A stretch of DNA of 64,000 nucleotides from positions 2,606,001 to 2,670,000 of the forward strand of contig NC_086101.1 in assembly GCF_963921235.1 (NCBI RefSeq). The letters are read 5' to 3'. The notes beneath the pieces were generated by a model. That model was not told the DNA's origin, ran no database searches, and saw nothing but the letters and a program-made list of their open reading frames with translations. Of this stretch, positions 38,101 to 52,600 are shown one piece after another. How positions within the stretch are numbered: the first letter of the stretch is position 1; every line of letters starts with the position of its first letter. Origin of the DNA: Mobula hypostoma (Eukaryota). The position numbers and the translations under genes were made by a program.

Positions 38101-41100
38101 GACAGAGACCACCCCCTCCTCACCACCTCTCACTGTCCGACAGAGACCACCCCCTCCTCATCACCTCTCCATCTGACAGAGACCACCCCCTCCTCACCAC
38201 CTCTCACTGTCCGACAGAGACCACCCCCTCCTCACCACCTCTCCATCTGACAGAGACCACCCCCTCCTCACCACCTCTCCATCCGACAGAGACCACCCCC
38301 TCCTCACCACCTCTCACTGTCCGACAGAGACCACCCCCTCCTCACCACCTGTCACTATCCGATAGCGACCACCTCCTCCTCACCACCCCTCACTGTCCGA
38401 CAGAGACCACCCCCTCCTCACCACCCCTCACTGTCCGACAGAGACCACCCCCTCCTCACCACCTCTCACTATCCGAGAGACCACGACCCCTCCTCACCAC
38501 CCCTCACTGTCGACAGAGACCACCCCCTCCTCACCACCCCTCACTGTCCGACAGAGACCACCCCCTCCTCACCACCTCTCACTGTCCGACAGAGACCACC
38601 CCCTCCTCACCACCTCTCACTGTCCGACAGAGACCACCCCCTCCTCACCACCTCTCCATCTGACAGAGACCACCCCCTCCTCACCACCTCTCCATCCGAC
38701 AGAGACCACCCCCTCCTCACCACCTCTCACTGTCCGACAGAGACCACCCCCTCCTCACCACCTCTCCATCCAACAGAGACCACCCCCTCCTCACCACCTC
38801 TCACTGTCCGACAGAGACCAACCCCCTCCTCACCACCTCTCACTGTCCGACAGAGACCACCCCCTCCTCACCACCTCTCCATCTGACAGAGACCACCCCC
38901 TCCTCACCACCTCTCCATCCGACAGAGACCACCCCCTCCTCACCACCTCTCACTGTCCGACAGAGACCACCCCCTCCTCACCACCTCTCACTGTCCGACA
39001 GAGACCACCCCCTCCTCACCACTGTCCGACAGAGACCACCACCTCTCCATCCGACACAGACCACCCCCTCCTCACCACCTCTCACTGTCCGACAGAGACC
39101 ACCCCCTCCTCACCACCTCTCCATCCGACAGAGACCACCCCCTCCTCACCACCTCTCACTGTCCGACAGAGACCACCCCCTCCTCACCACCTCTCCATCC
39201 AACAGAGACCACCCCCTCCTTACCACCTCTCACTGTCCGACAGAGACCAACCCCTCCTCACCACCTCTCACTGTCCAACAGAGACCAACCCCTCCTCACC
39301 ACCTCTCCATCTGACAGAGACCACCCCCTCCTCACCACCTCTCCATCTGACAGAGACCACCCCCTCCTCATCACCTCTCACTGTCCGACAGAGACCACCC
39401 CCTCCTCACCACCTCTCCATCTGACAGAGACCACACCCTCCTCACCACCTCTCCATCCGACAGAGACCATCCCCTCCTCACCCCCTCTCACTGTCCAACA
39501 GAGACCACCCCCTCCTCACCACCTCTCCATCTGACAGAGACCACCCCCTCCTCACCACCTCTCCATCTGACAGAGACCACCCCCTCCTCACCACCTCTCC
39601 ATCCGACAGTGACCACCACCTCCTCACCACCTCTCACTGTCCGACAGAGACCACCCCCTCCTCACCACTTCTCACTGTCCGACTGAGACCACCCCCTCCT
39701 CACCACCTCTCCATCTGACAGAGACCACCCCCTCCTCATCACCTCTCCATCTGACAGAGACCACCCCCTCCTCACCACCTCTCACTGTCCGACAGAGACC
39801 ATCCCCTCCTCATCACCTCTCCATCTGACAGAGACCACCCCCTCCTAACCACCTCTCACTGTCCGACAGAGACCACCCCCTCCTCACCACCTCTCCAACC
39901 GACAGAGACCACCCCCTCCTCACCACCTCTCACTGTCCGACAGAGACCACCCCCTCCTCACCACCTCTCCATCTGACAGAGACCACCCCCTCCTCATCAC
40001 CTCTCCATCCGACAGAGACCACCCCCTCCTCACCACCTCTCACTGTCCTACAGAGACCACCCCCTCCTCACTACCTGTCACTATCCGATAGCGACCACCT
40101 CCTCCTCACCACCCCTCACTGTCGGACAGAGACCACCCCCTCCTCACCACCCCTCACTGTCCGACAGAGACCACCCCCTCCTCACCACCTCTCACTGTCC
40201 GACAGAGACCACCCCCTCCTCACCACGTCTCACTGTCCGACAGAGACCACCCCCTCCTCACCACTGTCCGACAGAGACCACCAACTCTCCATCCGACACA
40301 GACCACCCCCTCCTCACCACCTCTCACTGTCCGACAGAGACCACCCCCTCCTCACCACCTCTCCATCCAACAGAGACCACCCCCTCCTTACCACCTCTCA
40401 CTGTCCGACAGAGACCACCCCCTCCTCACCACCTCTCACTGTCCAACAGAGACCACCCCCTCCTCACCACCTCTCACTGTCCGACAGAGACCACCCCCTC
40501 CTCACCACCTCTCCATCCGACAGAGACCACCACCTCCTCACCACCTCTCACTGTCCGACAGAGACCACCCCCTCCTCACCACTTCTCACTGTCCGACAGA
40601 GACCACCCCTCCTCACCACCTCTCCATCTGACAGAGACCACCCCCTCCTCATCACGTCTCCATCTGACAGAGACCACCCCCTCCTCACCACCTCTCACTG
40701 TCCGACAGAGACCATCCCCTCCTCATCACCTCTCCATCTGACAGAGACCACCCCCTCCTAACCACCTCTCACTGTCCGACAGAGACCACCCCCTCCTCAC
40801 CACCTCTCCAACCGACAGAGACCACCCCCTCCTCACCACCTCTCCATCCAACAGAGACCACCCCCTCCTTACCACCTCTCACTGTCCGACAGAGACCACC
40901 CCCTTCTCACCACCTCTCACTGTCCGACAGAGACCACCCCCTCCTCATCACCTCTCCATCTGACAGAGACCACCCCCTCCTCACCACCTCTCACTGTCCG
41001 ACAGAGACCACCCCCTCCTCACCACCTCTCACTGTCCGACAGAGACCACCCCCTCCTCACCACCTCTCCAACCGACAGAGACCACCCCCTCCTCACCACC

Positions 41101-44100
41101 TCTCCATCCAACAGAGACCACCCCCTCCTTACCACCTCTCACTGTCCGACAGAGACCACCCCCTCCTCACCACCTCTCACTTTCCAACAGAGACCACCCC
41201 CTCCTCACCACCTCTCACTGTCCGACAGAGACCACCCCCTCCTCATCACCTCTCCATCTGACAGAGACCACCCCCTCCTCACCACCTCTCCATCCAACAG
41301 AGACCACCACCTCCTCACCATCTCTCCATCCGACAGAGACCATCCCCTCCTCACCACCTCTCCATCTGACAGAGACCACCCCCTCCTTACCACCTCTCCA
41401 TCCGACAGAGACCACCCCCTCCTCACCACCTCTCACTGTCCGACAGAGACCACCCCCTCCTCACCACCTCTCACTGTCCGACAGAGACCACCCCCTCCTC
41501 ATCACCTCTCCATCTGACAGAGACCACCCCCTCCTCACCACCTCTCACTGTCCGACAGAGACCACCCCCTCCTCACCACCTCTCACTGTCCGACAGAGAC
41601 CACCCCCTCCTCATCACCTCTCCATCTGACAGAGACCACCCCCTCCTCACCACCTCTCACTGTCCGACAGAGACCACCCCCTCCTCACCACCTCTCACTG
41701 TCCGACAGAGACCACCCCCTCCTCACCACCTCTCCAACCGACAGAGACCACCCCCTCCTCACCACCTCTCCATCCAACAGAGACCACCCCCTCCTTACCA
41801 CCTCTCACTGTCCGACAGAGACCACCCCCTCCTCACCACCTCTCACTTTCCAACAGAGACCACCCCCTCCTCACCACCTCTCACTGTCCGACAGAGACCA
41901 CCCCCTCCTCATCACCTCTCCATCTGACAGAGACCACCCCCTCCTCACCACCTCTCCATCCAACAGAGACCACCACCTCCTCACCATCTCTCCATCCGAC
42001 AGAGACCATCCCCTCCTCACCACCTCTCCATCCGACAGAGACCACCCCCTCCTCACCACCTCTCACTGTCCGACAGAGACCACCCCCTCCTCACCACCTC
42101 TCACTGTCCGACAGAGACCACCCCCTCCTCATCACCTCTCCATCTGACAGAGACCACCCCCTCCTCACCACCTCTCCATCCGACAGAGACCACCACCTCC
42201 TCACCATCTCTCCATCCGACAGAGACCACCCCCTCCTCACCACCTCTCCATCTGACAGAGACCACCCCCTCCTCACCACCTCTCACTGTCCGACAGAGAC
42301 CACCCCCTCCTACCACCTCTCCATCCGACAGAGACCACCCCCTCCTCACCACCTCTCACTATCCGAGAGCGACCACCCCTCACCACCCCTCACTGTCCGG
42401 CAGAGACCACCCCCTCCTCACCACCTCTCACTGTCCAACAGAGACCACCCCTCACTGTCCGGCAGAGACCACCCCCTCCTCACCACCCCTCACTGTCCGA
42501 CAGAGACCAGCCCCTCCTCACCACCTCTCCATCTGACAGAGACCACCCCCTCCACACCACCTCTCCATCCGACACAGACCACCCCCTCCTCACCACCTCT
42601 CACTGTCCGACAGAGCCAACCCCCTCCTCACCACCTCTCCATCCGACAGAGACCACCCCCTCCTCACCACCTCTCACTGTCCGACAGAGACCACCCCCTC
42701 CTCACCACCTCTCCATCTGACAGAGACCACCCCCTCCTCACCACCTCTCCATCCGACAGAGACCACCCCCTCCTCACCACCTCTCACTGTCCGACAGAGA
42801 CCACCCCCTCCTCATCACCTCTCCATCTGACAGAGACCACCCCCTCCTCACCACCTCTCACTGTCCGACAGAGACCACCCCCTCCTTACCACCTCTCCAT
42901 CCGACAGAGACCACCCCCTCCTCACCACCTCTCCATCTGACAGAGACCACCCCCTCCTCACCACCTCTCCATCCGACAGAGACCACCCCCTCCTCACCAC
43001 CTCTCACTGTCCGACAGAGACCACCCCCTCCTCATCACCTCTCCATCTGACAGAGACCACCCCCTCCTCACCACCTCTCACTGTCCGACAGAGACCACCC
43101 CCTCCTTACCACCTCTCCATCCGACAGAGACCACCCCCTCCTCACCACCGCTCACCGTTCGACAGAGACGAACCCTTCCTCACCACCTTTTCATCCGACA
43201 GAGACCAACCCCTCCTCAAGACCTCTTACTGTTCGACAGAGACCACCCCCTCCTCACGACCTCTCACTGTCCGACATAGACCACCCCCTCCTCACCACCT
43301 CTCCATCCGACAGAGACCACCCCCTCCTCACCACCTCTCACTGTCCGACAGAAACCACCCCCTCCTCACCACCTCTCACTGTCCGACAGAGACCACCCCC
43401 TCCTCACCACCGCTCACTGTCCGACAGAGACCACCCCCTCCTCACCACTGTCCGACTGAGACCTCCCCCTCCTCACCACCTCTCCATCCGACAGAGACCA
43501 CCCCCACCTCACCACCTCTCACTGCCCGACAGAGACCACCCCCTCCTAACCACCTCTCCATCCGACAGAGACCACTCCCTCCTCACCACCTCTCCATCCG
43601 ACAGAGACCACCCCCTCCTCATCACCTCTCACTGTCCGACAGAGACCACCCCCTCCTACCACCTCTCCATCCGACAGAGACCACCCCCTCCTCACCACCT
43701 CTCACTGTCCGACAGAGACCAACCCCTCGTCATCACCTCTCACTGTCCGACAGAGACCACCCCCTCCTCACCACCTCTCCATCTGACAGAGACCACCCCC
43801 TCCTCACCACCTCTCCATCCGACAGAGACCACCCCCTCCTCACCACCTCTCACTGTCCGACAGAGACCACCCCCTCCTCATCACCTCTCCATCTGACAGA
43901 GACCACCCCCTCCTAACCACCTCTCACTGCCCGACAGAGACCACCCCCTCCTCACCACCTCTCACTGTCCGACAGAGACCACCCCCTCCTCACCACCTCT
44001 CACTGTCCGACAGAGACCACCCCCTCCTCACCACCTCTCACTGTCCGACAGAGACCACCCCCTCCTCACCACCTCTCCAACCGACAGAGACCACCCCCTC

Positions 44101-47100
44101 CTCACCACCTCTCCATCCAACAGAGACCACCCCCTCCTTACCACCTCTCACTGTCCGACAGAGACCACCCCCTCCTCACCACCTCTCACTGTCCGACAGA
44201 GACCATCCCCTCCTCACCACCTCTCCATCTGACAGAGACCACCCCCTCCTCACCACCTCTCCATCCGACAGAGACCACCACCTCCTCACCATCTCTCCAT
44301 CCGACAGAGACCACCTCCTCCTCACCACCTCTCACTGTCCAACAGAGACCACCCCCTCCTCACCACCTCTCACTGTCCGACAGAGACCACCCCCTCCTCA
44401 TCACCTCTCCATCTGACAGAGACCACCCCCTCCTCACCACCTCTCACTGTCTGACAGAGACCACCCCCTCCTCACCACCTCTCCATCTGACAGCGACCAC
44501 CCCCCCTTACAACCTCTCACTGTCCGACAGAGACCACCCCCTCCTCACAACCTCTCCATCTGACAGCGACCACCCCCCCTTACAACCTCTCACTGTCCGA
44601 CAGAGACCACCCCCTCCTCACCACCTCTCCATCCGACAGAGACCACCCCCTCCTCACCACCTCTCACTGTCCGACAGAGACCACCCCCTCCTCATCACCT
44701 CTCCATCCGACAGAGACCACCCCCTCCTCACCACCTCTCCATCCGACAGAGACCACCCTCTCCTCCCCAGCTCTCACTGTCCCACAGAGACCACCCCCTC
44801 CTCACCACCTCTCCATCTGACAGAGACCACCCCCCCCTCACCACCTCTCACTGTCCGACAGAGACCACCCCCTCCTCACCACCTCTCACTGTCCGACAGA
44901 GACCACCCCCTCCTCACCACCTCTCCATCCGACAGAGACCTCCCCCTCCTTACCACCTCTCCATCCGACAGAGACCACCCTCTCCTACCACCTCTCACTA
45001 TCCGAGAGCGACCACCTCCTCCTCACCACCCCTCACTGTCCGACAGAGACCACCCCCTCCTCACCACCTCTCACTGTCCGACAGAGACCACCCCTCCTCA
45101 CCACCTCTCACTGTCCGGCAGAGACTACCCCCTCCTCACCACCCCTCACTGTCCGACAGAGACCACCCCCTCCTCACCACCTCTCACTGTCCGAAGAGAC
45201 TACCCCCTCCTCACCACCTCTCCATCCGACAGAGACCACCCCCTCCTCACCACCTCTCACTGTCCGACACAGACCACCCCCTCCTCACCACCTCTCCATC
45301 TGACAGAGACCACCCCCTCCACACCACCTCTCCATCCGACACAGACCACCCCCTCCTCACCACCTCTCACTGTCCGACAGAGACCACCCCCTCCTCACCA
45401 CCTCTCACTGTCCGACAGAGACCACCACCTCCTCACCACCTCTCACTGTCCGATAGAGACCACCCCCTCCTCACCACCTCTCACTGTCCGACAGAGACCA
45501 CCCCCTCCTCACCACCTCTCACTGTCCGACAGAGACCACTCCCTCCTCACCACCTCTCCATCTGACAGAGACCACCCCCTCCTCACCACCTCTCCATCCG
45601 ACAGAGACCACCCCCTCCTCACCACCTCTCACTGTCCGACAGAGACCACCCTCTCCTACCACCTCTCCATCCGACAGAGACCACCCCCTCCTCACCACCT
45701 CTCACTGTCCGACACAGACCACCCCCTCCTCACCGTCTCTCCATCTGACAGAGACCACCCCCTCCACACCACCTCTCCATCCGACACAGACCACCCCCTC
45801 CTCACCACCTCTCACTGTCCGACAGAGACCACCACCTCCTCACCACCTCTCACTGTCCGACAGAGACCACCCCCTCCTCACCACCTCTCACTGTCCGACA
45901 GAGACCACCCCCTCCTCACCACCTCTCCATCCGACAGAGACCACCCCCTCCTCACCACCGCTCACCGTTCGACAGAGACGAACCCTTCCTCACCACCTTT
46001 TCATCCGACAGAGACCAACCCCTCCTCACGACCTCTCACTGTCCGACATAGACCACCCCCTCCTCACCACCTCTCCATCCGACAGAGACCACCCTCTCCT
46101 CCCCAGCTCTCACTGTCCTACAGAGACCACCCCCTCCTCACCACCTCTCCATCTGACAGAGACCACCCCCTCCTCACCACCTCTCACTGTCCGAAGAGAC
46201 CACCCCCTCCTCACCACCTCTCCATCTGACAGAGACCACCCCCTCCTCACCACCTCTCACTGTCCGACACAGACCACCCCCTCCTCACCACCTCTCCATC
46301 TGACAGAGACCACCCCCTCCACACCACCTCTCCATCCGACACAGACCACCCCCTCCTCACCACCTCTCACTGTCCGACAGAGACCACCCCCTCCTCACCA
46401 CCTCTCACTGTCCGACAGAGACCACCACCTCCTCACCACCTCTCACTGTCCGACAGAGACCACCCCCTCCTCACCACCTCTCACTGTCCGACAGAGACCA
46501 TCCCCTCCTTACCACCTCTCCATCCGACAGAGACCACCCCCTCCTCACCACCTCTCACTGTCCGACAGAGACCACCCCCTCCTCACCACCTCTCCATCTG
46601 ACAGAGACCACCCCCTCCTCACCACCTCTCCATCCGACAGAGACCACCCCCTCCTCACCACCTCTCACTGTCCGACAGAGACCACCCTCTCCTACCACCT
46701 CTCCATCCGACAGAGACCACCCCCTCCTCACCACCTCTCACTGTCCGACACAGACCACCCCCTCCTCACCACCTCTCCATCTGACAGAGACCACCCCCTC
46801 CACACCACCTCTCCATCCGACACAGACCACCCCCTCCTCACCACCTCTCACTGTCCGACAGAGACCACCACCTCCTCACCACCTCTCACTGTCCGACAGA
46901 GACCACCCCCTCCTCACCACCTCTCACTGTCCGACACAGACCACCCCCTCCTCACCACCTCTCCATCCGACAGAGACCACCCCCTCCTCACCACCGCTCA
47001 CCGTTCGACAGAGACGAACCCTTCCTCACCACCTTTTCATCCGACAGAGACCAACCCCTCCTCACGACCTCTCACTGTCCGACAGAGACCACCCCCTCCT

Positions 47101-49460
47101 CACCACCTCTCACTGTCCGACAGAGACCACCCCCTCCTCACCACCTCTCACTGTCCGACAGAGACCACCCCCTCCTCACCACTGTCCGACTGAGACCACC
47201 CCCTCCTCACCACCTCTCCATCCGACAGAGACCACTCCCTCCTCACCACCTCTCCATCCGACAGAGACCACCCCCTCCTCACCACCTCTCACTGTCCGAC
47301 AGAGACCACCCCCTCCTCACCACCTCTCACTGTCCGACAGAGACCACCCCCTCCTCACCACTGTCCGACTGAGACCACCCCCTCCTCACCACCTCTCCAT
47401 CCGACAGAGACCACTCCCTCCTCACCACCTCTCCATCCGACAGAGACCACCCCCTCCTCATCACCTCTCACTGTCCGACAGAGACCACCCCCTCCTACCA
47501 CCTCTCCATCCGACAGAGACCACTCCCTCCTCACCACCTCTCCATCCGACAGAGACCACCCCCTCCTTACCACCTCTCACTGTCCGACAGAGACCACCCC
47601 CTCCTCACCACCTCTCACTGTCTGACAGAGACCACCCCCTCCTCACCACCTCTCACTGTCCGACAGAGACCACCCCCTCCTCACCACCTCTCACTGTCCG
47701 ACAGAGACCACCCCCTCCTCACCACCTCTCCATCCGACAGAGACCACTCCCTCACCATCTCTCCATCCGACAGAGACCAACCCCTCCTCACGACCTCTCA
47801 CTGTCCGACATAGACCACCCCCTCCTCACCACCTCTCCATCCGACACAGACCACCCCCTCCTCACCACCTCTCACTGTCCGACATAGACCACCCCCTCCT
47901 CACCACCTCTCCATCCGACAGAGACCACTCCCTCCTCACCACCTCTCCATCCGACAGAGACCACCCCCTCCTCATCACCTGTCACTGTCCGACAGAGACC
48001 ACCCCCTCCTACCACCTCTCCATCCGACAGAGACCACCCTCTCCTTACCACCTCTCCATCCGACAGAGACCACCCCCTCCTTACCACCTCTCACTGTCCG
48101 ACAGAGACCACCCCCTCCTCACCACCTCTCACTGTCCAACAGAGACCACCCCCTCCTCACCACCTCTCACTGTCCGACAGAGACCACCCCCTCCTCACCA
48201 CCCCTCACTGTCCGACAGAGACCACCCCCTGCTCACCACCTCTCAACTGTCCGACAGAGACCACCCCCTCCTCACCACCTCTCACTGTCCGACAGAGACC
48301 ACCCCCTCCTCACCACCTCTCACTGTCCGACAGAGACCACCCCCTCCTCACCACCTCTCACTGTCCAACAGAGACCACCCCCTCCTCACCACCCCTCACT
48401 GTCCGACAGAGACCACCCCCTGCTCACCACCTCTCCATCCGACAGAGACCACTCCCTCCTCACCACCTCTCCATCCGACAGAGACCACCCCCTCCTTACC
48501 ACCTCTCACTGTCCGACAGAGACCACCCCCTCCTCACCACCTCTCACTGTCCGACAGAGACCACCCCCTCCTCACCACCTCTCACTGTCCGACAGAGACC
48601 ACCCCCTCCTCACCACTGTCCGACAGAGACCACCACCTCTCCATCCGACACAGACCACCCCCTCCTCACCACCTCTCACTGTCCGACAGAGACCACCCCC
48701 TCCTTACCACCTCTCACTGTCCGACAGAGACCACCCCCTCCTCACCACCTCTCAGTGTCCGACAGAGACCACCCCCTCCTCACCACCTCTCACTGTCCGA
48801 CATAGACCACCCCCTCCTCACCACCTCTCACTGTCCGACAGAGACCACCCCTTCCTCATCACCTTTTCATCCGACAGAGACCAGCCCCTCCTCACCACCT
48901 CTCCATCCGACAGAGACCACCCCCTCCTTACCACCTCTCCATCCGACAGAGACCACCCCCTCCTCACCACCTCTCCATCCGACGGAGACCACCCCCTACT
49001 CACCACCTCTCTCTGTCCGACAGAGACCACCCCCTCCTAACCACCTCTCACTGTCCGACTGAGACCACCCACTCCTCACCACCTCTCCATCCGACAGAGA
49101 CCACCCCCTCCTCACCACCTCTCACTGTCCGACAGAGACAGCCCCTCCTCACCACCTCTCCATCCGACAGAGACCAGCCCCTCCTCACCACCTCTCCATC
49201 CAACAGAGAGCACCCTCTCCTCACCACCTCTCACTGTCCGACAGAGACCACCCCCTCCTCACCACCTCTCCATCCGACAGAGACCACCCCCGCCTCACCA
49301 CGTCTCACTGTCCGACAGAGACCACCCCCTCCTCACCACCTCTCCATCCGACAGAGACCACCCCCTGCTCACCACCTCTCACTGTCCGACAGAGACCACC
49401 CCCTCCTCACCACCTCTCCAACCGACAGAGACCACCCCCTCCTCACCACCTCTCTATCCG
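35101..49460. repeat. ~14.3 kb tandem array of 37/38-bp units, roughly 380 copies
   Basis: Unit caccacctct(cactgtc|ccatc)cgacagagaccaccccctcct. Confidence 0.99.
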
Positions 49461-49523
49461 TCAGCGTCTACTTCGTCCTTCCCGCCCCTCCTCACTGTCT
49501 CTGTGCCCTCGCTGCCCCCTCAC

Positions 49524-49636
49524 CCAGCTTCGGCGGGCAGCAGCTGGTCGAAGCGTGCTGCCAGTCTCTGAGCATACTTGGACTTCTTGGCCAGATTGTG
49601 CAGCTCACTCTTCGCCCTCCCGGCCGCCAGTTCAGC
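49524..49636 (-). CDS. WDR46: WDR46 visible exon 3, AELAAGRAKSELHNLAKKSKYAQRLAARFDQLLPAEA(G)
   Basis: ccgcag|gct ... gg|gtgagg, 113 nt, ends phase 2. AAR..LL..E.G motif. Confidence 0.9.
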
Positions 49637-49899
49637 CTGCGGGGAGAAGCAGAGGCAGGTCAGGATGCTGAAAACGGAGTGCTGCAGTAATGTTCTGCAG
49701 TGTTTTGGTTCAGTGGATCTCGGTAATTGGTACACTTGGGCAGGTGCTCATTTGGGGCAACTGTTAAATTGAGTAAGTAATGGAGAAAATGGCCCAGATT
49801 CTGTTTGATGGCTTTGGCAGTGTGCTGCTTCATTGGGGTAGTAGAGTGTGCCCCATTTACAACCCCGAGACTCACTTTCCTGTCGGCATGATCAGCAAG

Positions 49900-50420
49900 T
49901 CTTTCCACTGCTAGGTGTCACAGAGTCAATGAAAGATCAACCAGAGTGCAAAAGACAACAAACTGTGCAAATGCAAATATAAACAAATAGCAATAAGTAA
50001 TGAGAACGAGATAATGAGATGAAGTGAGATCATTGGTTGTGGGAACGTCTCAACGAAGGGGCAAGTCAAGGTGAATCTTGAATCTTTTATTCAAGAGTGT
50101 GATGGTTGAAGGGCAGTAACTGCTCTTGAAGCTGATGCTGTGAGCCCTGAACCTCTTGTACCTTCTACCTGATGGCAGCAGCGAGAAGAGAGCACGGCCT
50201 GGGGGTGAGGATCTCTGATGATGGATGCTGCTTTCCTACGACAGCATTTCACATGGATGTGCTCAATGGTCGGGAGGGCTTTACTCCTGATATACTGGCT
50301 CCAATCCACTACCTTTTGTAGGATTTTTCATTGAAAGGTGTTGGTGGTTGTATACCAGGCCATGATACAGCCAGTCAATCCACTCTCCACTACACATCTA
50401 TAGAAGCTGCTGAACGGTTT
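49900..50420 (-). mobile_element. Rex1/Babar-type LINE 3' fragment
   Basis: LPTIEHI...CRRKAASIIRDP. Confidence 0.75.
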
Positions 50421-50429
50421 CTAACTATA

Positions 50430-50760
50430 GTGTCAGTCACGTATAGTTATGAGGCCGTTACACATAGTACACGTTATCGACACGTGCTTAGAGCGATCTG
50501 TTTGTGATTAGTGTCAGTTGTATGCATTTGAGTTCAAAAGGCAGTGATTTTCGTCACTGATAATTAGCAAAAAATAAGGAGGAAGACAATTCAGAAATGT
50601 ATTGCTCACTGTGGTTTCAAGCATTTAGGCTTGGAAATGACAGAAACGGCTGGGAGTGAAAATGTAACGATTTCACTACTTCAAGTTAGCAATTACAAAA
50701 GAACTTGAAGATATCAACAACAATCCTGACTGCTACAATGAAAATGCAGATGTGGAGGAA
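50430..50760 (+). mobile_element. Probable pogo/Tigger transposase C-terminal remnant
   Basis: TIQKCIAHCGFK resembles the TI.NCF..CGF motif after the DDE domain; acidic tail follows. Confidence 0.5.
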
Positions 50761-51049
50761 GTGGGTGTATTGGGAGTGGCTCACAGAGGGTTAAAGAGAC
50801 TGACTCCTGAAATATCTACCACCCTGACATCATGAGCATGCTATTACCGTGCTGGAATGTGTGGTGACACCTGTGGGCTGCTCACAGCATATCTATGGAT
50901 AGTGTTGGTTGTTATTGCAAACAATATATTTCATTGTGTAACGTCCTGGATAATATCTTTGCTGCTGTGCTGTGGGTATTTCATCTTGGCAGTTCTGTAT
51001 GGGCAGTCTGTCCGGCTTGTAGCACGTTTGGGTTCCAGCTAAAGATTCC

Positions 51050-52600
51050 ACCATCCTGATTGGCAGACACAGCATTCCTGAATAGTCATTCAAAGCCTCG
51101 GCCATTTCTTCATTACCCAATATCAATTCCCCCTTCTCATTCTACGAGGGACCTACATTCACTTTAGCCACCCTTTTCTGCTTTATATAACTATAAAATC
51201 TTTTACTATCCAATTTTATATTTTGTGCTGGTTTATTTTCAAAATCTATCTTCTCTTTCTTTGTTGCTCGCTTTGTGGTTCTTTGTTGCTTTTAAAGTTT
51301 TCCCAAATCTTCCAATTTCCCACTACTCTTGGCAACTTTGCATGCATGAGCTTTTAGTTTGATGCCTTCTTTTATCCAAGGCTGGCTCTCCCCACCGTTA
51401 ACTGTCCTTGCTTTGAACTGGAATATACTTTTGTTGGGCATCCTGAAAAATCTCTTTCGAAGTCCTCTACTGTTCCTCAACTGACCCACCATATAGCCTG
51501 TGTTCGCGTCTACTCGAGACAAATCCTCCCTCATCCCAATGTAGTCTCCATTGTTTAGGCAAAATACACTGGCTTTAGATTGACCTGTCGTACCCTCCAA
51601 TTGTATGAGAAACTCAATCATACCATGATCACTCTTTCCAAGAGGATCCCCAACTACAAGTTCACTAATTTTACCTGTCTCATTGCACAGGACCAGATCT
51701 AAGACAGCACGTTCCCTTGTAGGAGTAACATGCTGTTCAAGAAAGCCAACATGGATGCATTCTATGAAGTCCTCAAGACCGCCTTGACCAACTTGATTCA
51801 CCTAATCTCGGTGCAAGTTAAAGTCCTCCATGATAACGGCGGGGGGGGGGGGAGAAGGGGGAAGACTGGGTTCAACAGATTGGAGAAATAAAGTAAAAAA
51901 GAAAAGTGTGGATAAAGATAAAGAAAAAGCAAAAGATAAAAAAGAAAGAAGTAAGAGTGGAGCGAAGAAAGGTCAAGTGCAAAAGAGTAAAAGATTGCAA
52001 GATTTTAAAAGCACAATGAGTGTAAGGGCATTTAATTTGAATGCCTGTGGTATTTGAAACAAGGTCAGTCAATTTGTGGCACAAGGGTGTGCCTACCTCC
52101 TGGCACAGAGAATCCAGGTAACTCTCCCCCTCCCCGATGTGCCTCAGTGTTTGAAGCTCAGATTCCAGGTCATCAGCTTTGAGCCTGAGTTCCTCGAGGA
52201 GCCAACGCTTGCTGCAGATGTGGTCACCAGGAAGCACAATGGAGTCCATCAGCTCCCACACCATGCAGCTACAGCACATCACCCAATCCTGCATCATCCC
52301 TTTAATTAGCTGTAATTTAGTGACTTTTCATTCAACAACTACAAAAGCCTTACCTGCTGCTTGCCCTCGCCCCCTCGCTGAAGCCTCTTGAACCCAAGCG
52401 TCAAGTCCCCACTCCTGCACTGGTCCACTCACACAATGGCCGCTCTGCTTTGACCCTGCTTTGCTTTTAATTGCTTCTGCTAACGAATCGCAAATCCATT
52501 GTTCCGCCACTAATGCACTGAGCTCTGGGAAATGCTCCTTTTTAAAATTCTTCTCCCCGACATGTGCACAGCTCTCTCTCTCTCTCTGCAAATCGACTGG
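51050..52600 (-). mobile_element. CR1 5' portion (ORF1 zinc finger and coiled coil, APE) with an internally inverted segment
   Basis: VMCCSCMVWEL...HICSK..LLEELRLK; PTRERAVLDLV, GKSDH; segment 51850-52080 reads on + (AFNLNACGI). Confidence 0.8.

Noticed and set aside
13851..49460. CRISPR-like appearance of the regular repeats
   Set aside because: Units are head-to-tail with no unique spacers, there are no cas genes, and the context is a spliceosomal intron.
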